Assembly (NCBI GenBank): GCA_963783305.1
Contig: CAWAMW010000015.1
Span: 160,001 to 224,000 of the forward strand
Source of the DNA: an uncultured Gemmatimonadales bacterium
Lineage (GTDB): Bacteria > Gemmatimonadota > Gemmatimonadetes > Longimicrobiales > RSA9
Length of the DNA stretch: 64,000 bases
Direction of reading: 5' to 3'
In this document: one piece after another, positions 47,084 to 57,010 of the stretch
Layout: the number at the start of each line of letters is the position of its first letter
How positions within the stretch are numbered: position 1 is the stretch's first letter
The notes under the pieces: model-generated
The model's input: the letters and a program-made list of their open reading frames with translations, nothing else
Databases searched by the model: none
Told to the model about the DNA's origin: nothing
Program-made: the position numbers and the translations under genes

Positions 47084-48418
47084 TTGATCGGACTCGCCAT
47101 GGCACTCCTGGTCGCCCTGCTGGCCTCGGCCTTTCTCACCGCCGCAGAGGTCGCACTCTTCTCCATTGGCGACCCCCGCATCCGCACTCTCGTGGAGGGC
47201 GGCGACAACGCCGTGGCGAAGATCCGCGCCCGTCCGCGGGCCCTGCTCGTTCTGCTCCGGTTCGGCGATGGCCTGGCCGCCATCGTCGCGGGCGCCGCCG
47301 CCTTCCGCATCGGCCATCTCCTGCTCCCCCTGTACGGTGGTCTGATCGCCATTCTGGTCGCCGCGGTGCTCCTCGTGGCCATTGGCGAGCTGTGGCCTCG
47401 CCGCATCCTCCCCGAGCGGGGCGTCCGCTTTGCCGTGGCCATCGCCCCCTTCATGCTCACGCTCAGCCGCGTGCTGCGCCCGGTCCTCTACCCGCTCGAG
47501 CGGATGACGCGGGACCTCCCGGAGCCCCGGCTCACCTCCGTCAGCGAGATCACGGAGTCCGAGCTCCGGCAGCTGACCGCCCTCGGCCGCAGCGAGGGCT
47601 CCATCGATGAGCACGAGGGTCAGATCATCGAGCGCGCGTTCCGACTGGAAGACACCCGCGTGTGGGATATCATGACGCCCCGGGTCGACATCTTCGCATG
47701 GCGCGACGACCTCACGCTCGACGATATCTCCGAGCAGTTCGGCTCCGTGCCGTACTCGCGGGTTCCGGTCTACGACGAGTCCATCGACGACGTCACCGGG
47801 CTCCTCTATCTCCGGGACGCCTACCAGGCGCTCATCGCCGGGCAGAACAGGGTGGCGCTCCGGGGCCTCGCGCGGCAGCCGCTGGTGGTGCCGGGATCGC
47901 TTCCACTCACGCGGCTGCTCCGGGACTTCCAGAACCGGCGGATCCACCTTGCGCTGGTGGTGGACGAGTACGGTGGCATTGACGGGCTGGTGACGCTCGA
48001 GGACGTAATCGAGGAGCTGGTGGGGGAGATCGAGGACGAGACGGATGTGACCGAAATCGACGTGGTCCGGATCTCCCGCAACGAGATCATCGCGGAAGGT
48101 GATACGGAGCTGCGCGAGATCAACCACATTTTCAACACGGCCCTTCCCCTCCTGGAGCATCGATCGCTGAACGGTTACCTGATCGAGGAGCTTGGACGGG
48201 TGCCGCAGGCGAAGGAAACGGTGGACCGCCAGGGGCTGCACATCGAGGTGCTCGACGCCTCTGAAACCCAGATCCTCCGTGCGCGAATCACGCGACGGGC
48301 ACCCGCCACGGAAGGCGCGCTGGACCGGGAGACCCGAAGGAGAGAAGCGCCTGTCGACGCCGCTGGGAGGATCGAGGACGGAGATGGCGGGGGTCGGGAT
48401 CGTGGCGCCGGAGAATAG
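47084..48418 (+). CDS. CNNM/CorC (HlyC) family transporter with CBS domains
   Basis: AAEVALFS, GELWPR, IMTPR, YSRVPVY, VVDEYGG, TLEDVIEELVGEI. Confidence 0.92.
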   Translation: MIGLAMALLVALLASAFLTAAEVALFSIGDPRIRTLVEGGDNAVAKIRARPRALLVLLRFGDGLAAIVAGAAAFRIGHLLLPLYGGLIAILVAAVLLVAIGELWPRRILPERGVRFAVAIAPFMLTLSRVLRPVLYPLERMTRDLPEPRLTSVSEITESELRQLTALGRSEGSIDEHEGQIIERAFRLEDTRVWDIMTPRVDIFAWRDDLTLDDISEQFGSVPYSRVPVYDESIDDVTGLLYLRDAYQALIAGQNRVALRGLARQPLVVPGSLPLTRLLRDFQNRRIHLALVVDEYGGIDGLVTLEDVIEELVGEIEDETDVTEIDVVRISRNEIIAEGDTELREINHIFNTALPLLEHRSLNGYLIEELGRVPQAKETVDRQGLHIEVLDASETQILRARITRRAPATEGALDRETRRREAPVDAAGRIEDGDGGGRDRGAGE

Positions 48419-49382
48419 GTCGACGGCGCGGCTGCCCGGGGAACAGGCGCTGCGGGAGGCACGAACTCGCCTGCGGGGTGTCGCCCGTCACACCCCGCTC
48501 CACCACTCCCCGTGGCTGTCCGCGGACGTCGGGGTGCCCGTGTACCTGAAGCTCGAATGCTGGCAGGTCACCCACTCGTTCAAGCTCCGGGGGGCGTACA
48601 ACGCCATCGCCGCGCTGGACTCCGTCCAACGGGCGCGTGGGCTCACCACCGCGTCCGCGGGCAACCACGGCCTCGCCGTGGCGCACGCCGCACGGCTCCA
48701 CGGGGCGGACGCGACGATCTTCGTGCCCGCCGCCGCCCCGGGGGCGAAGCGGTCGCGGATCCGTCGCCTCGGTGCCGAGCTCCGCGAGGTCACCGGCAGC
48801 TACGACGACGCCGCGGTGGCGGCGCGAGAATTCGCCGCCGCGACCGGTGCGCAGCTGGTGCACGGCTTCAACGACCCGGACGTGGTGGCCGGCCAGGGGA
48901 CGGTGGGAATGGAGATCGTGGAGGACCTGCCGGACGTGCGGGAAGTGCTGGTGCCGGTAGGGGGTGGCGGTCTCGCCGCGGGTGTGGGCGCGGCGCTCCA
49001 CGTGGGCGCGCCCGGGTCGCGGCTGCTGGGCGTGCAGTCCACGGCGACGCGAGCCATGCACGAGGCGTTCGTGGCCGGTGGCATCGCGCCGTTCGAGGAT
49101 GCCCCTACGCTGTGTGACGGGCTGGCGGGGGAGACGGAGGCGGAGTCGTACGCCCGCGCCCGCGCGGCGTTGAGCGACCTCCGACTGGTGCCAGAGCCGG
49201 AGGTGGGCCCGGCGATCCGGGCTCTCTTCGAGAACGAGGGCATCGTCGCGGAGGGCTCCGCCGCCGTGGGGATCGCGGCGCTGCTGAGCGATCTCTGGCC
49301 GGTGCGGGGGCCCGTGGTGGTGGTGATCAGCGGCGGCAACATCGATGCGGGCCGGCTGTCGCACATCCTGAAGGAGGCCTGA
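48402..49382 (+). CDS. PLP-dependent threonine/serine dehydratase family (start approximate)
   Basis: LKLE..Q.THSFKLRGA, SAGNH, GQGT, VGGGG, SGGN. Confidence 0.9.
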   Translation: MAPENRSTARLPGEQALREARTRLRGVARHTPLHHSPWLSADVGVPVYLKLECWQVTHSFKLRGAYNAIAALDSVQRARGLTTASAGNHGLAVAHAARLHGADATIFVPAAAPGAKRSRIRRLGAELREVTGSYDDAAVAAREFAAATGAQLVHGFNDPDVVAGQGTVGMEIVEDLPDVREVLVPVGGGGLAAGVGAALHVGAPGSRLLGVQSTATRAMHEAFVAGGIAPFEDAPTLCDGLAGETEAESYARARAALSDLRLVPEPEVGPAIRALFENEGIVAEGSAAVGIAALLSDLWPVRGPVVVVISGGNIDAGRLSHILKEA

Positions 49383-49916
49383 GTGGCGCACCTGATCCCG
49401 TTCCGCGGCCGCACGCCCCGCGTGCATCCGAGCGCTTTCCTGGCGCCCACGGCAGTCCTCATCGGGGACGTGGAGGTGGGCGCCGAATCGAGCGTCTGGT
49501 TCGGTGCCGTGCTGAGGGGCGACCACGCCCGGAACGGAATCCGGATCGGGGCCCGCACCAGCATCCAGGACAACTGCGTGATCCACGTCAGCGCGGAAGG
49601 TCCCACGGTGGTCGGCGACGACGTGACCGTCGGACACGGTGCGGTGTTCGAGAGCTGCGAGGTTCGGCGCGGGGCGTTGATCGGTATGAACGCCGTGCTG
49701 CTCCATCACGCCATCATCGGAGCGGAATCGCTGGTGGCCGCGGGCAGCGTCGTGCCCGCCGGGATGGAAGTGGCGCCGAGAACGCTGGTGGCCGGGTCGC
49801 CGGCCACGCCGCGCAAGACGCTGGAGGGCGAGTCCGCGGGGTGGATCCGGGGCAGCGCCCGGCACTATGTGGAGCTCTCCAGGGAGTACCTGGAGCAGAA
49901 GATCGGCGAGCTCTAG
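49383..49916 (+). CDS. Gamma carbonic anhydrase family protein
   Basis: VWFGAVLRGD, IQDNCVIH, TVGH, hexapeptide repeats. Confidence 0.9.
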   Translation: MAHLIPFRGRTPRVHPSAFLAPTAVLIGDVEVGAESSVWFGAVLRGDHARNGIRIGARTSIQDNCVIHVSAEGPTVVGDDVTVGHGAVFESCEVRRGALIGMNAVLLHHAIIGAESLVAAGSVVPAGMEVAPRTLVAGSPATPRKTLEGESAGWIRGSARHYVELSREYLEQKIGEL

Positions 49917-50056
49917 GGATCGCTGCAGTCGCGGGCATACCCGCAGCGCGGGCACTTCAGCTTGCAGGCGGCGGTGTAGAGCATCGTGGCGCCGCAGACC
50001 TCGCAGCGCACAGGCGCCTCGGGGTCGTGGTGCGGGTCGTAATCGACCCGGTCCAC
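49913..50056 (-). CDS. 47-aa Cys-rich zinc-finger microprotein
   Basis: GTG start: VDRVDYDPHHDPEAPVRCEVCGATMLYTAACKLKCPRCGYARDCSDP. Confidence 0.65.
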   Translation of the reverse strand: MDRVDYDPHHDPEAPVRCEVCGATMLYTAACKLKCPRCGYARDCSDP

Positions 50057-50075
50057 GGCGGTCCCGTCGCCGCCG

Positions 50076-51167
50076 TTACGTCCCCGGGGCTGCGTCAAAA
50101 TTCGACCAGATCGGTGCGGCGACGTTCGACAGGGCGGGGGCGTCTTCGAGCAGCGGCAGCGGGTTGAGGGGATCCGTCTCCAGGAATGCGTCCACCACCG
50201 CGGGGTCGAACTTGCGGCCTCGCTCGCTGGCGATCCATTCAACGGCCTCCTCCAGCGGCCACTCCGACTTGTAGGGCCGGTCCTGGATCAGCGCGTCGAA
50301 CACGTCGGCCACCGCGGTGATCCGCCCGGGCAGGGGGATTTCCTCACCCGCCATTCCGGGCGTGTACCCGGTCCCATCCCAGTTCTCGTGATGATAGAGT
50401 GCGATCTCCTCGGCCACCTGCATGATGGGGGAGTCGCTGCCGCTCAGGATGCTCGCGCCGAGCGTCGTGTGCGTCTTCAGGATGTCCCATTCCTCGAGGC
50501 TCAGCGAGCCCGGCTTCAGCAGGATGGAGTCCGGGATCCCGATCTTGCCGATGTCGTGCAGCGGCGCCGCCTGGCGGATGATCTCCACCTGGTTCCGGTC
50601 GAGGCCAAGGGCGGAGGCGACGGTCGCAGCCGTCCGTCCGACCCTGTGGGTGTGGAGCCCTCGCTGGTAGTCACGGAGCTCGGCTGCCATCGCGAGACGC
50701 TCGGCAACGGCGAACTGCGCGCTCCGTACCTGTTTCGTGCGCTCCTCGACGCGTTCTTCGAGACTCTGGTTGAGGTCCCTCGTCTCGAGCAGGTTCATGA
50801 CCCGAAGGACGACCTCCACGTTGTCGTACGGCTTCTCCAGGAAGTCCTTGGCGCCCGCCGTCAGCGCCCGCTGCTTGGCGGCGCTCGACAGGTCCCCCGA
50901 GATGACGAGGGTCGGGAAGTACTCGGTCTCGCCAACCCGGGTCCGGACCTGCCGGAGCACCTCGAAGCCGTCCAGGTGGGGCATGTGGAGGTCCAGCAGC
51001 AGGATGTCCGGCGCGAACTCGCGGAAGCGGGAAAGTGCTCGCCTCGGGTCCGTGAGACTCTCGATGCGAGTGAATCCGGCCTTCACGAGGATCCGCTCCA
51101 GCAGATCGACGTTCGGTTCCTCGTCGTCGATTATGAGAATGCGTCGGGTCGCGAGTCGGTTGTCCAT
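50076..51167 (-). CDS. Response regulator with HD-GYP domain
   Basis: IIDD, LLDLHMP; HDIGK, HHENWDGTGYTP, ADVFDAL, RPYK. Confidence 0.92.
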   Translation of the reverse strand: MDNRLATRRILIIDDEEPNVDLLERILVKAGFTRIESLTDPRRALSRFREFAPDILLLDLHMPHLDGFEVLRQVRTRVGETEYFPTLVISGDLSSAAKQRALTAGAKDFLEKPYDNVEVVLRVMNLLETRDLNQSLEERVEERTKQVRSAQFAVAERLAMAAELRDYQRGLHTHRVGRTAATVASALGLDRNQVEIIRQAAPLHDIGKIGIPDSILLKPGSLSLEEWDILKTHTTLGASILSGSDSPIMQVAEEIALYHHENWDGTGYTPGMAGEEIPLPGRITAVADVFDALIQDRPYKSEWPLEEAVEWIASERGRKFDPAVVDAFLETDPLNPLPLLEDAPALSNVAAPIWSNFDAAPGT

Positions 51168-51307
51168 GCAGTACCTCTGCGGAGCAGGGGCGGTCGAGGG
51201 GGTCGGGAAGGCCCGGGACGGCGGTCAGGTGCCTGTCACCGTCCAAAGGGGGTTCAAAGAGGTTAATGGCGGCCGACCGGACGGTCAATCGCGCTCGTTG
51301 GCCGGGC

Positions 51308-51739
51308 TCATGGACGGCGCTGACCGAAGTAGCCGCGCGGCCCGGGCCGCCGATAGAGGTACCACGCGAGCCCGGCCAGCACCGGGATCAGGACGAGCAC
51401 GCCCCCCAGCACCGCCCAGGGCGACGTGCTCCCCATTCCGGTCAGCACCGGGCCGAGCGCGGCGAGCACGAACGGCAGGAGAGCCGCGGGTCGCGCCCAC
51501 CAGCGGCCGAGGCCCAGCGCCAGCGCCGCGCCGACCACGGCCAGCGCCATGGGCGCCAGGGCGGGCAGAACCGTGGCCAGGGCTTCGGCCCTGCCGACGG
51601 CGCGCCCGCTCACCATGACGGGGCCATCGCCTATCGCGAGTCCGAGGATGAACAGGACGATCGCGCCCGCCCAGAACCAGAAGACCCAGATCAGAAGGTT
51701 GACCCCGAGGGGCCGCTCGTCCGCGTTGTCGTGATTCAT
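51308..51739 (-). CDS. Hypothetical membrane protein
   Basis: MNHDNADERPLGV; four TM segments; ATGA overlap with pilD stop. Confidence 0.7.
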   Translation of the reverse strand: MNHDNADERPLGVNLLIWVFWFWAGAIVLFILGLAIGDGPVMVSGRAVGRAEALATVLPALAPMALAVVGAALALGLGRWWARPAALLPFVLAALGPVLTGMGSTSPWAVLGGVLVLIPVLAGLAWYLYRRPGPRGYFGQRRP

Positions 51740-52518
51740 GCGGAGAGTGCGTAGCCGAGGTACCACTGGATGATCGGGTCGCCCCAGAGATATACGATGG
51801 CGCCCCCCATGGCGAGGAACGTACCGAGGGGGAGGTAGGTCCCCATGGCCTCGAGCTCCCCGCGGGCGGCGGCGAGCGGAACCCCGATGGCGAGCCCGAG
51901 CACCGACCCCAGGAGAACCGTGAGGAGGGCGCCCTGCCACCCCACGAAGGCGCCGATCATGGCCATCATGTGGATATCACCCACGCCGAGCGCGGGCTTC
52001 CGGAAGAGAGCTTCACCGCCGAGCTTGATGAGCCACATGAAGGCGTAGCCGCCGAGGCCCCCAATGAGGGCGGCCGTGAACGGGAACCCCTCCGGCCACG
52101 CGGCCAGCGCCAGGCCGACGAGCGCCCCCCCGAGGGAGAGCTGGTCCGGGATGATGCGGTGTCGAGCGTCAATGATGCCGATTCCCAGGAGACCGGTGAG
52201 GAAGAGGGCGCCGCGCAGCGCCTCGACCGGACCCTGCCAGAGGGCCATGCCGAGCCAGATCAGGGCGACCACGGCCTCGATGATCGGGTACTGGATCGAA
52301 ACCCCGGTACCGCAGGACCGACAGCGGCCCCGGAGCAGAATCCAGCTCAGGACCGGGATGTTGTCGTACCAGCGGATGAGTTCGTGGCAGGACGGGCAGC
52401 GGGAGCGCGGCCGCACCACGGATTCGCCGGCCGGCCAGCGATAGATGCAGACATTCAGGAACGAGCCTACGGCGGCACCGGCCGCCGTGAGGTACACCAG
52501 CCACACTGTCTCCGTCAT
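51736..52518 (-). CDS. pilD: Prepilin peptidase
   Basis: GSFLNVCIYR, CPSC and CRSC, IDARH, GVGDI, LPLGTFL. Confidence 0.93.
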   Translation of the reverse strand: MTETVWLVYLTAAGAAVGSFLNVCIYRWPAGESVVRPRSRCPSCHELIRWYDNIPVLSWILLRGRCRSCGTGVSIQYPIIEAVVALIWLGMALWQGPVEALRGALFLTGLLGIGIIDARHRIIPDQLSLGGALVGLALAAWPEGFPFTAALIGGLGGYAFMWLIKLGGEALFRKPALGVGDIHMMAMIGAFVGWQGALLTVLLGSVLGLAIGVPLAAARGELEAMGTYLPLGTFLAMGGAIVYLWGDPIIQWYLGYALSA

Positions 52519-53303
52519 CCACGCTCTCTCGTCAGCTCGAACAGCAGGATGGCACCGGCTACCGCCACGTTCAACGATTCCGTCCCACCGCTCATAGGTA
52601 TGGACACGGTGCGCACGCAGCGAGTCGCCACAGCCTCGCTCAGCCCCGCCCCTTCGTTCCCCAGCACCAGCGCAACCCGCTCCACGACGGGTTCTTCGCC
52701 CACCGGGTTACCGGCGGCATCCGCCGCGACCAGAAGGACATCGTGGTCGCGGACCCAGTCGTCCAGCTCACCCAGCGCCGCCTGCACCACCGGGAGCCGG
52801 AACACGGCACCCGCCGAGGCGCGCACAACCTTCGGGTTCCAGGGGTCCACCGTTCCGGGCAGGCAGATCACCGCGCCGCACCCGAAGGCCGCTGCGGATC
52901 TGGCCAGTGTACCCAAATTTCCGGGATCCTGCACCCCGTCCAGCACGAGGACCACGACCGAGCGCTCGGGCTTGAGCGCCTCGAGAGATGCACGTGGCGA
53001 CTCCGCTACCGCCAGTACCCCCTGGGTGGTCGCGGTATCGGCCAGTTCCCGCAGCGCAGCATCCGTCGCCTCCCGAAAAGTCGCGCGCCCCTGGGCCGCT
53101 CGGTCCTCGAGCCGGGCACGCAGTCGGCGCCCTCGCTCGGTGTCCTCTAACGAGGACGCAATGACCGCCGTTCTCAGGACAATCCCGGCGTCGAGGAGCT
53201 CCTCCACCACCCGAACGCCCTCGGCCACGAAGAGCCCCTCACGTTCCCGCTGCTTGCGGCTCCCCAGCCGGCGGATGGCCTTGGCTTCCGTGCGGCTCAG
53301 CAT
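52515..53303 (-). CDS. TrmH/SpoU family RNA methyltransferase
   Basis: QDPGNLGT, LGNEGAG, ESLNVAVA. Confidence 0.92.
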   Translation of the reverse strand: MLSRTEAKAIRRLGSRKQREREGLFVAEGVRVVEELLDAGIVLRTAVIASSLEDTERGRRLRARLEDRAAQGRATFREATDAALRELADTATTQGVLAVAESPRASLEALKPERSVVVLVLDGVQDPGNLGTLARSAAAFGCGAVICLPGTVDPWNPKVVRASAGAVFRLPVVQAALGELDDWVRDHDVLLVAADAAGNPVGEEPVVERVALVLGNEGAGLSEAVATRCVRTVSIPMSGGTESLNVAVAGAILLFELTRERG

Positions 53304-53312
53304 GTGGGGGTC

Positions 53313-53328
53313 TGGAACACCCTTTGCA
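53313..53328 (+). promoter_or_regulatory. Candidate sigma-54 promoter
   Basis: TGGAAC-ACCCT-TTGCA, 50 nt upstream of ATG 53379. Confidence 0.55.
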
Positions 53329-53378
53329 CAGCAACGGGAGCCGTGCAGGTGTCTTTTTCCAGGAGAGCGACTTCGATC

Positions 53379-54206
53379 ATGGGTAACCTTTCGCTACGCA
53401 GAGGGCTGGCGGTCGGGCTGGTGGCCACGTCCGCCGGACTCGGGGCGTGCGGTGTGTCCGAGCAGCAGGAACTGCAGGTGGGCCGGCAGTACGCGGCGGA
53501 GATCAACCGCCAGCTCCCCATCGTCGACGATCCGCAGATCCATCGATTTCTGAACCAGCTCGGGGACCGGATCCAGCGCCAGCCGGGCGCCCGAGACATC
53601 CCGTACACGTACTACGTGGTGAACATCGAAGAGATCAATGCCTTCGCGATACCGGGTGGCTTCGTGTACATCAACCGTGGGCTCATCGAGCGGACGGACA
53701 ACCTGGCGGAGCTGGCCGGGGTGGTGGCCCACGAGATCGGGCATGTCGAGGCGCGCCACAGCGCCGAGATGATGGAGCGTGCGCAGACGGCTGAAGCGGG
53801 GCTGATCCTCGGCTCGATCCTCCTGGGGGCGCCCCCGGGGGGCGTAGCGGGCGCGGCGGTGGACCTGGGTGCGCAGGCGTATTTTTCGCACCACAGCCGT
53901 GAGGCGGAGAACGAGGCGGACGCCATCGCGGTGCGGATGCTGCCGGTGGTCGGGATCGACCCGAACGGCCTGGTTACGTTCTTCAAGGAACTGATCGCGG
54001 AGCGCGAGAGGGCGCCCTCGCAGCTGGAGCAGTGGTTCTCCACGCACCCGCTGACGGAGGAGCGGATCGCGAACGTGCGAGCCCTCATCCGGGCGCTGCC
54101 GCCGCACGAGGGGCAGTCGCTGCAGGTCACATCGCGTGACTACGAGACCTTCAAGGCGCGGGTGCGGCAGCTGCCGCCGCCGCCGCCGGAGTTCCGAAAG
54201 AACTGA
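53379..54206 (+). CDS. M48 metalloprotease lipoprotein (BepA/LoiP-like)
   Basis: Lipobox [24 protein letters not shown]. Confidence 0.92.
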   Translation: MGNLSLRRGLAVGLVATSAGLGACGVSEQQELQVGRQYAAEINRQLPIVDDPQIHRFLNQLGDRIQRQPGARDIPYTYYVVNIEEINAFAIPGGFVYINRGLIERTDNLAELAGVVAHEIGHVEARHSAEMMERAQTAEAGLILGSILLGAPPGGVAGAAVDLGAQAYFSHHSREAENEADAIAVRMLPVVGIDPNGLVTFFKELIAERERAPSQLEQWFSTHPLTEERIANVRALIRALPPHEGQSLQVTSRDYETFKARVRQLPPPPPEFRKN

Positions 54207-54237
54207 GCGGCGGAGCGTCGTGACGGTTGGAGACGGA

Positions 54238-54267
54238 GGGGCCGGCCCGGCACAGGGCCGGCCTTTT
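54238..54267 (+). terminator. Intrinsic terminator
   Basis: GGCCGGCCC-ggcaca-GGGCCGGCC followed by TTTT. Confidence 0.7.
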
Positions 54268-54323
54268 CGCGTGGGGCGGCCCCCCCTAGCTTCGGCATTC
54301 CACGAGCGCGAGACCGATCTTCC

Positions 54324-55130
54324 ATGGAGACCCCGATGCTCCCCGTAGCTCTCACCATTGCCGGCAGCGACAGCGGCGGTGGCGCAGGAATCCAGGCAGA
54401 CCTGAAGACCTTCCAAGCGTTCGGCGCGTTCGGCACCAGCGCCATCACGGCCATCACCGTCCAGGACACCCTGGGCGTCCACGGGGTGCATGCCATCCCG
54501 CTGGACATGGTGCGCCGCCAGATCGAGGTGGTGGCGGCGGACCTCGAGCCTGCGGCGGTGAAGACGGGAATGCTCGCCACCGCCGAGCTGGTGGCCGGAG
54601 TGGCCGCGGCGATCCGTGAGCTGCGGCTGCCGCACTACGTCCTCGACCCGGTCATGGTGGCGACCAGCGGGGATCGGCTGCTGGACCGGGACGCGGAATC
54701 GGCGGTGACGGAGCTCCTCCTCCCGCTGGCGGCGGTGGTCACGCCGAATCTGGACGAGGCGCGGCTGCTCGCCGGGCGCGAGATCCGCGGTGAGGCGGAC
54801 ATGCGAGCCGTGGCCGAGCGTCTGGTGGAGATGGGAGCGGCGGCGGCGCTGGTGAAGGGCGGCCATCTTGAAGGCGGTGAGGTCGTGGACGTGCTGGTGG
54901 ACGGGGAGGGCGCGCGCAGTTGGCGGCGGGAGAAGGTCGCCACGAGCAGCACCCACGGGACCGGGTGCACTCTGTCCGCCGCCATAGCCGCCGGACTGGC
55001 TCATGGCCGGCCTCTGCGCGTGGCCGTGGACGCGGCGCTGGACTACGTGCACCGCGCAATCGTACATGCGCCCGGCATCGGGCATGGCAACGGTCCGCTG
55101 AACCATCTCGTCCCGGCCCGATCCGACTAG
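54324..55130 (+). CDS. thiD: Hydroxymethylpyrimidine/phosphomethylpyrimidine kinase
   Basis: [30 protein letters not shown]. Confidence 0.96.
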   Translation: METPMLPVALTIAGSDSGGGAGIQADLKTFQAFGAFGTSAITAITVQDTLGVHGVHAIPLDMVRRQIEVVAADLEPAAVKTGMLATAELVAGVAAAIRELRLPHYVLDPVMVATSGDRLLDRDAESAVTELLLPLAAVVTPNLDEARLLAGREIRGEADMRAVAERLVEMGAAAALVKGGHLEGGEVVDVLVDGEGARSWRREKVATSSTHGTGCTLSAAIAAGLAHGRPLRVAVDAALDYVHRAIVHAPGIGHGNGPLNHLVPARSD

Positions 55131-55306
55131 CGGGTCAGGAACCAGTTCGCGAGCAGATAACCGCCGGTGAGTCCCAGGACCATCAGGGCGCCGTAGAGCG
55201 TGGGAGGGGCGGGAATGGGAAGCCGGAGGAACCGCACGAGGGCTCCGATCCCCAGCGCCACGATCACACCGACCCACCCAGGTACGACCACTGCCTCACT
55301 GCCCAT
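55127..55306 (-). CDS. XapX/DUF1427 family small membrane protein
   Basis: LPIPAPPTLYGALMVLGLTGGY; GGAGG upstream of ATG 55306. Confidence 0.75.
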   Translation of the reverse strand: MGSEAVVVPGWVGVIVALGIGALVRFLRLPIPAPPTLYGALMVLGLTGGYLLANWFLTR

Positions 55307-56963
55307 CTTCACCTCCTGAATCCGGCGGTGTCCTGGCTCCCTGACCCCCTTCCGGCGGCGCCAGCCACCAGTCGGGGAGGTTCACCAGCGCTCCGCGTAT
55401 GTCCATTTCCATGTCCCGGACCCGATCTCGGACCAGGAACGCATCCACCTGATAGTACAGGATCGTCCAGGGCTGCTCCTCCTTGAGGATCTCCTGGACG
55501 CGTCCCCACAGCGGCGCCGCACGCTCCGGGTCCGGCTCCAGAACGGCTCGGTCCATGAGCGAGTCCACCTCCGGGTTGCCGTAGGAGGCAAACTGGTAGG
55601 GCCCCTCCAGCGCGTCGGAGTGGAAGAGGTCCCTCAGGTCCAGTCTGAAATCACCCGACCATCCGAGCAGTGCGGCATCGAACCGCCGCTCCGGAGAGGT
55701 GACGTCGGCGAAGAGCGTACTGGCCTCGGTCCTTTCGGTGCGAGCCCGCACCCCGAGAGCGGCCAGGTCCGATCGCAGCGCCTCGGCCACGTCGCGGTTG
55801 AAGTCGCTCCCGGCGCTCAGCTTGATCCGGATCTCGAAGTCCGATCCGTCGGGCAGCTGCAGGATATCGTCGCCATTGCGATCCCGGATCCCGAGACCTG
55901 CGAGCAGCGCCCGGGCGGAGTCCGGATCGAAGGGGACCGGCTCGACCTCCGGGTCGTACGCCCAGTGGAACGGCATGATGGGCGTGACGCCGAGATCCCC
56001 GAAGCCGTTGCGGAGCCCTTCCAGGATCCGGCGCCGATCGAGGCTCATGGCGAGAGCGCGCCGTACCCGCGGATCGTCGAGAGGTGGGCGGAGCGCGTTC
56101 CAGACCACGAAGCTGAACTGCCGGGATGGCTTCACCACTACCCGGATCCCCGGCCGGTTCGCCAGGGCCCGCACCTGATCGGGCGCGGGCTGGAGCGCCA
56201 GGTCCACCTCGCCCACGCGGAGCTCCGTGACCTGCGCCGTGTTGTCGGGGATCACGCGCCATATCACTCGGTCCAGCAGTGGCCGCCCACCCAACTCTTC
56301 CGGATAGTCCGGATTCGCCTCGAATACCCAACGGTCACCCGCCCGCTGGGACACGAAACGGAACGGTCCGTTGCCCACCGGCGCCCGGTTGAAGGGGACC
56401 TGGCGCAGCTGCTCCGGCGGGTACTGCTGGAGGAGGTGCCGGGGCACCACCGGTGTGGAGGGCCAGCCGGCGAGCGGATCGGAATGGGGCTGAAAGCGGA
56501 ACCGAACCGTGAACGAGTCCAGCACCTCTCCGTCCTTCCAGCGAAGGAAGTAGTCCGCGTTGGGAAAGCCGGTGGCGGGGTCGCGCGCCCGCTCGAACGT
56601 AAAGAGTACGTCGTAGGCCGTGGTCGGCGTGCCATCGTGCCAGCGCACGTCGTGCCGGAGATGGAAGACCACACCGGTGTCGCCGAGCATCTCCCACGAG
56701 CGGGCGAGGTACGGCTCATACTCGAGGTCGGGGCCGTAGCGGATGAGGGGCGAGAAAAGCGCGTAGCGCAGAATCTCGTTCGTCCAGGCGTCCACCGAGA
56801 CGAGGGGGTTGGCGTGATCGAGGTCGGTACCGGCGCCAATGACCAGGGTGCCGCCCCTGCGGGGGCCAGCCTCGCCGCAGGAGGCGATCATCACAGACGC
56901 CATACTGGCCGCCAGCGCGACCGACAGGATGGCCGCGCGGGACCGCATTGATCGGTTCATCAC
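55296..56963 (-). CDS. ABC transporter substrate-binding lipoprotein, family 5 (OppA/DppA-like)
   Basis: Lipobox IASC; WHDGTP, PVGNGPF, DPRVRRA, NPEVD. Confidence 0.9.
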   Translation of the reverse strand: MMNRSMRSRAAILSVALAASMASVMIASCGEAGPRRGGTLVIGAGTDLDHANPLVSVDAWTNEILRYALFSPLIRYGPDLEYEPYLARSWEMLGDTGVVFHLRHDVRWHDGTPTTAYDVLFTFERARDPATGFPNADYFLRWKDGEVLDSFTVRFRFQPHSDPLAGWPSTPVVPRHLLQQYPPEQLRQVPFNRAPVGNGPFRFVSQRAGDRWVFEANPDYPEELGGRPLLDRVIWRVIPDNTAQVTELRVGEVDLALQPAPDQVRALANRPGIRVVVKPSRQFSFVVWNALRPPLDDPRVRRALAMSLDRRRILEGLRNGFGDLGVTPIMPFHWAYDPEVEPVPFDPDSARALLAGLGIRDRNGDDILQLPDGSDFEIRIKLSAGSDFNRDVAEALRSDLAALGVRARTERTEASTLFADVTSPERRFDAALLGWSGDFRLDLRDLFHSDALEGPYQFASYGNPEVDSLMDRAVLEPDPERAAPLWGRVQEILKEEQPWTILYYQVDAFLVRDRVRDMEMDIRGALVNLPDWWLAPPEGGQGARTPPDSGGEDGQ

Positions 56964-57010
56964 TCTCGCTTCGGTGTACGTGCCGGAATTAAACGAATGT
57001 GGGCCCGCGA

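Noticed and set aside
54207..54323. TPP riboswitch upstream of thiD (or thiE)
   Set aside because: No CTGAGA...CCTGA core is seen; the region holds a terminator hairpin, and thiE overlaps the mltG stop.
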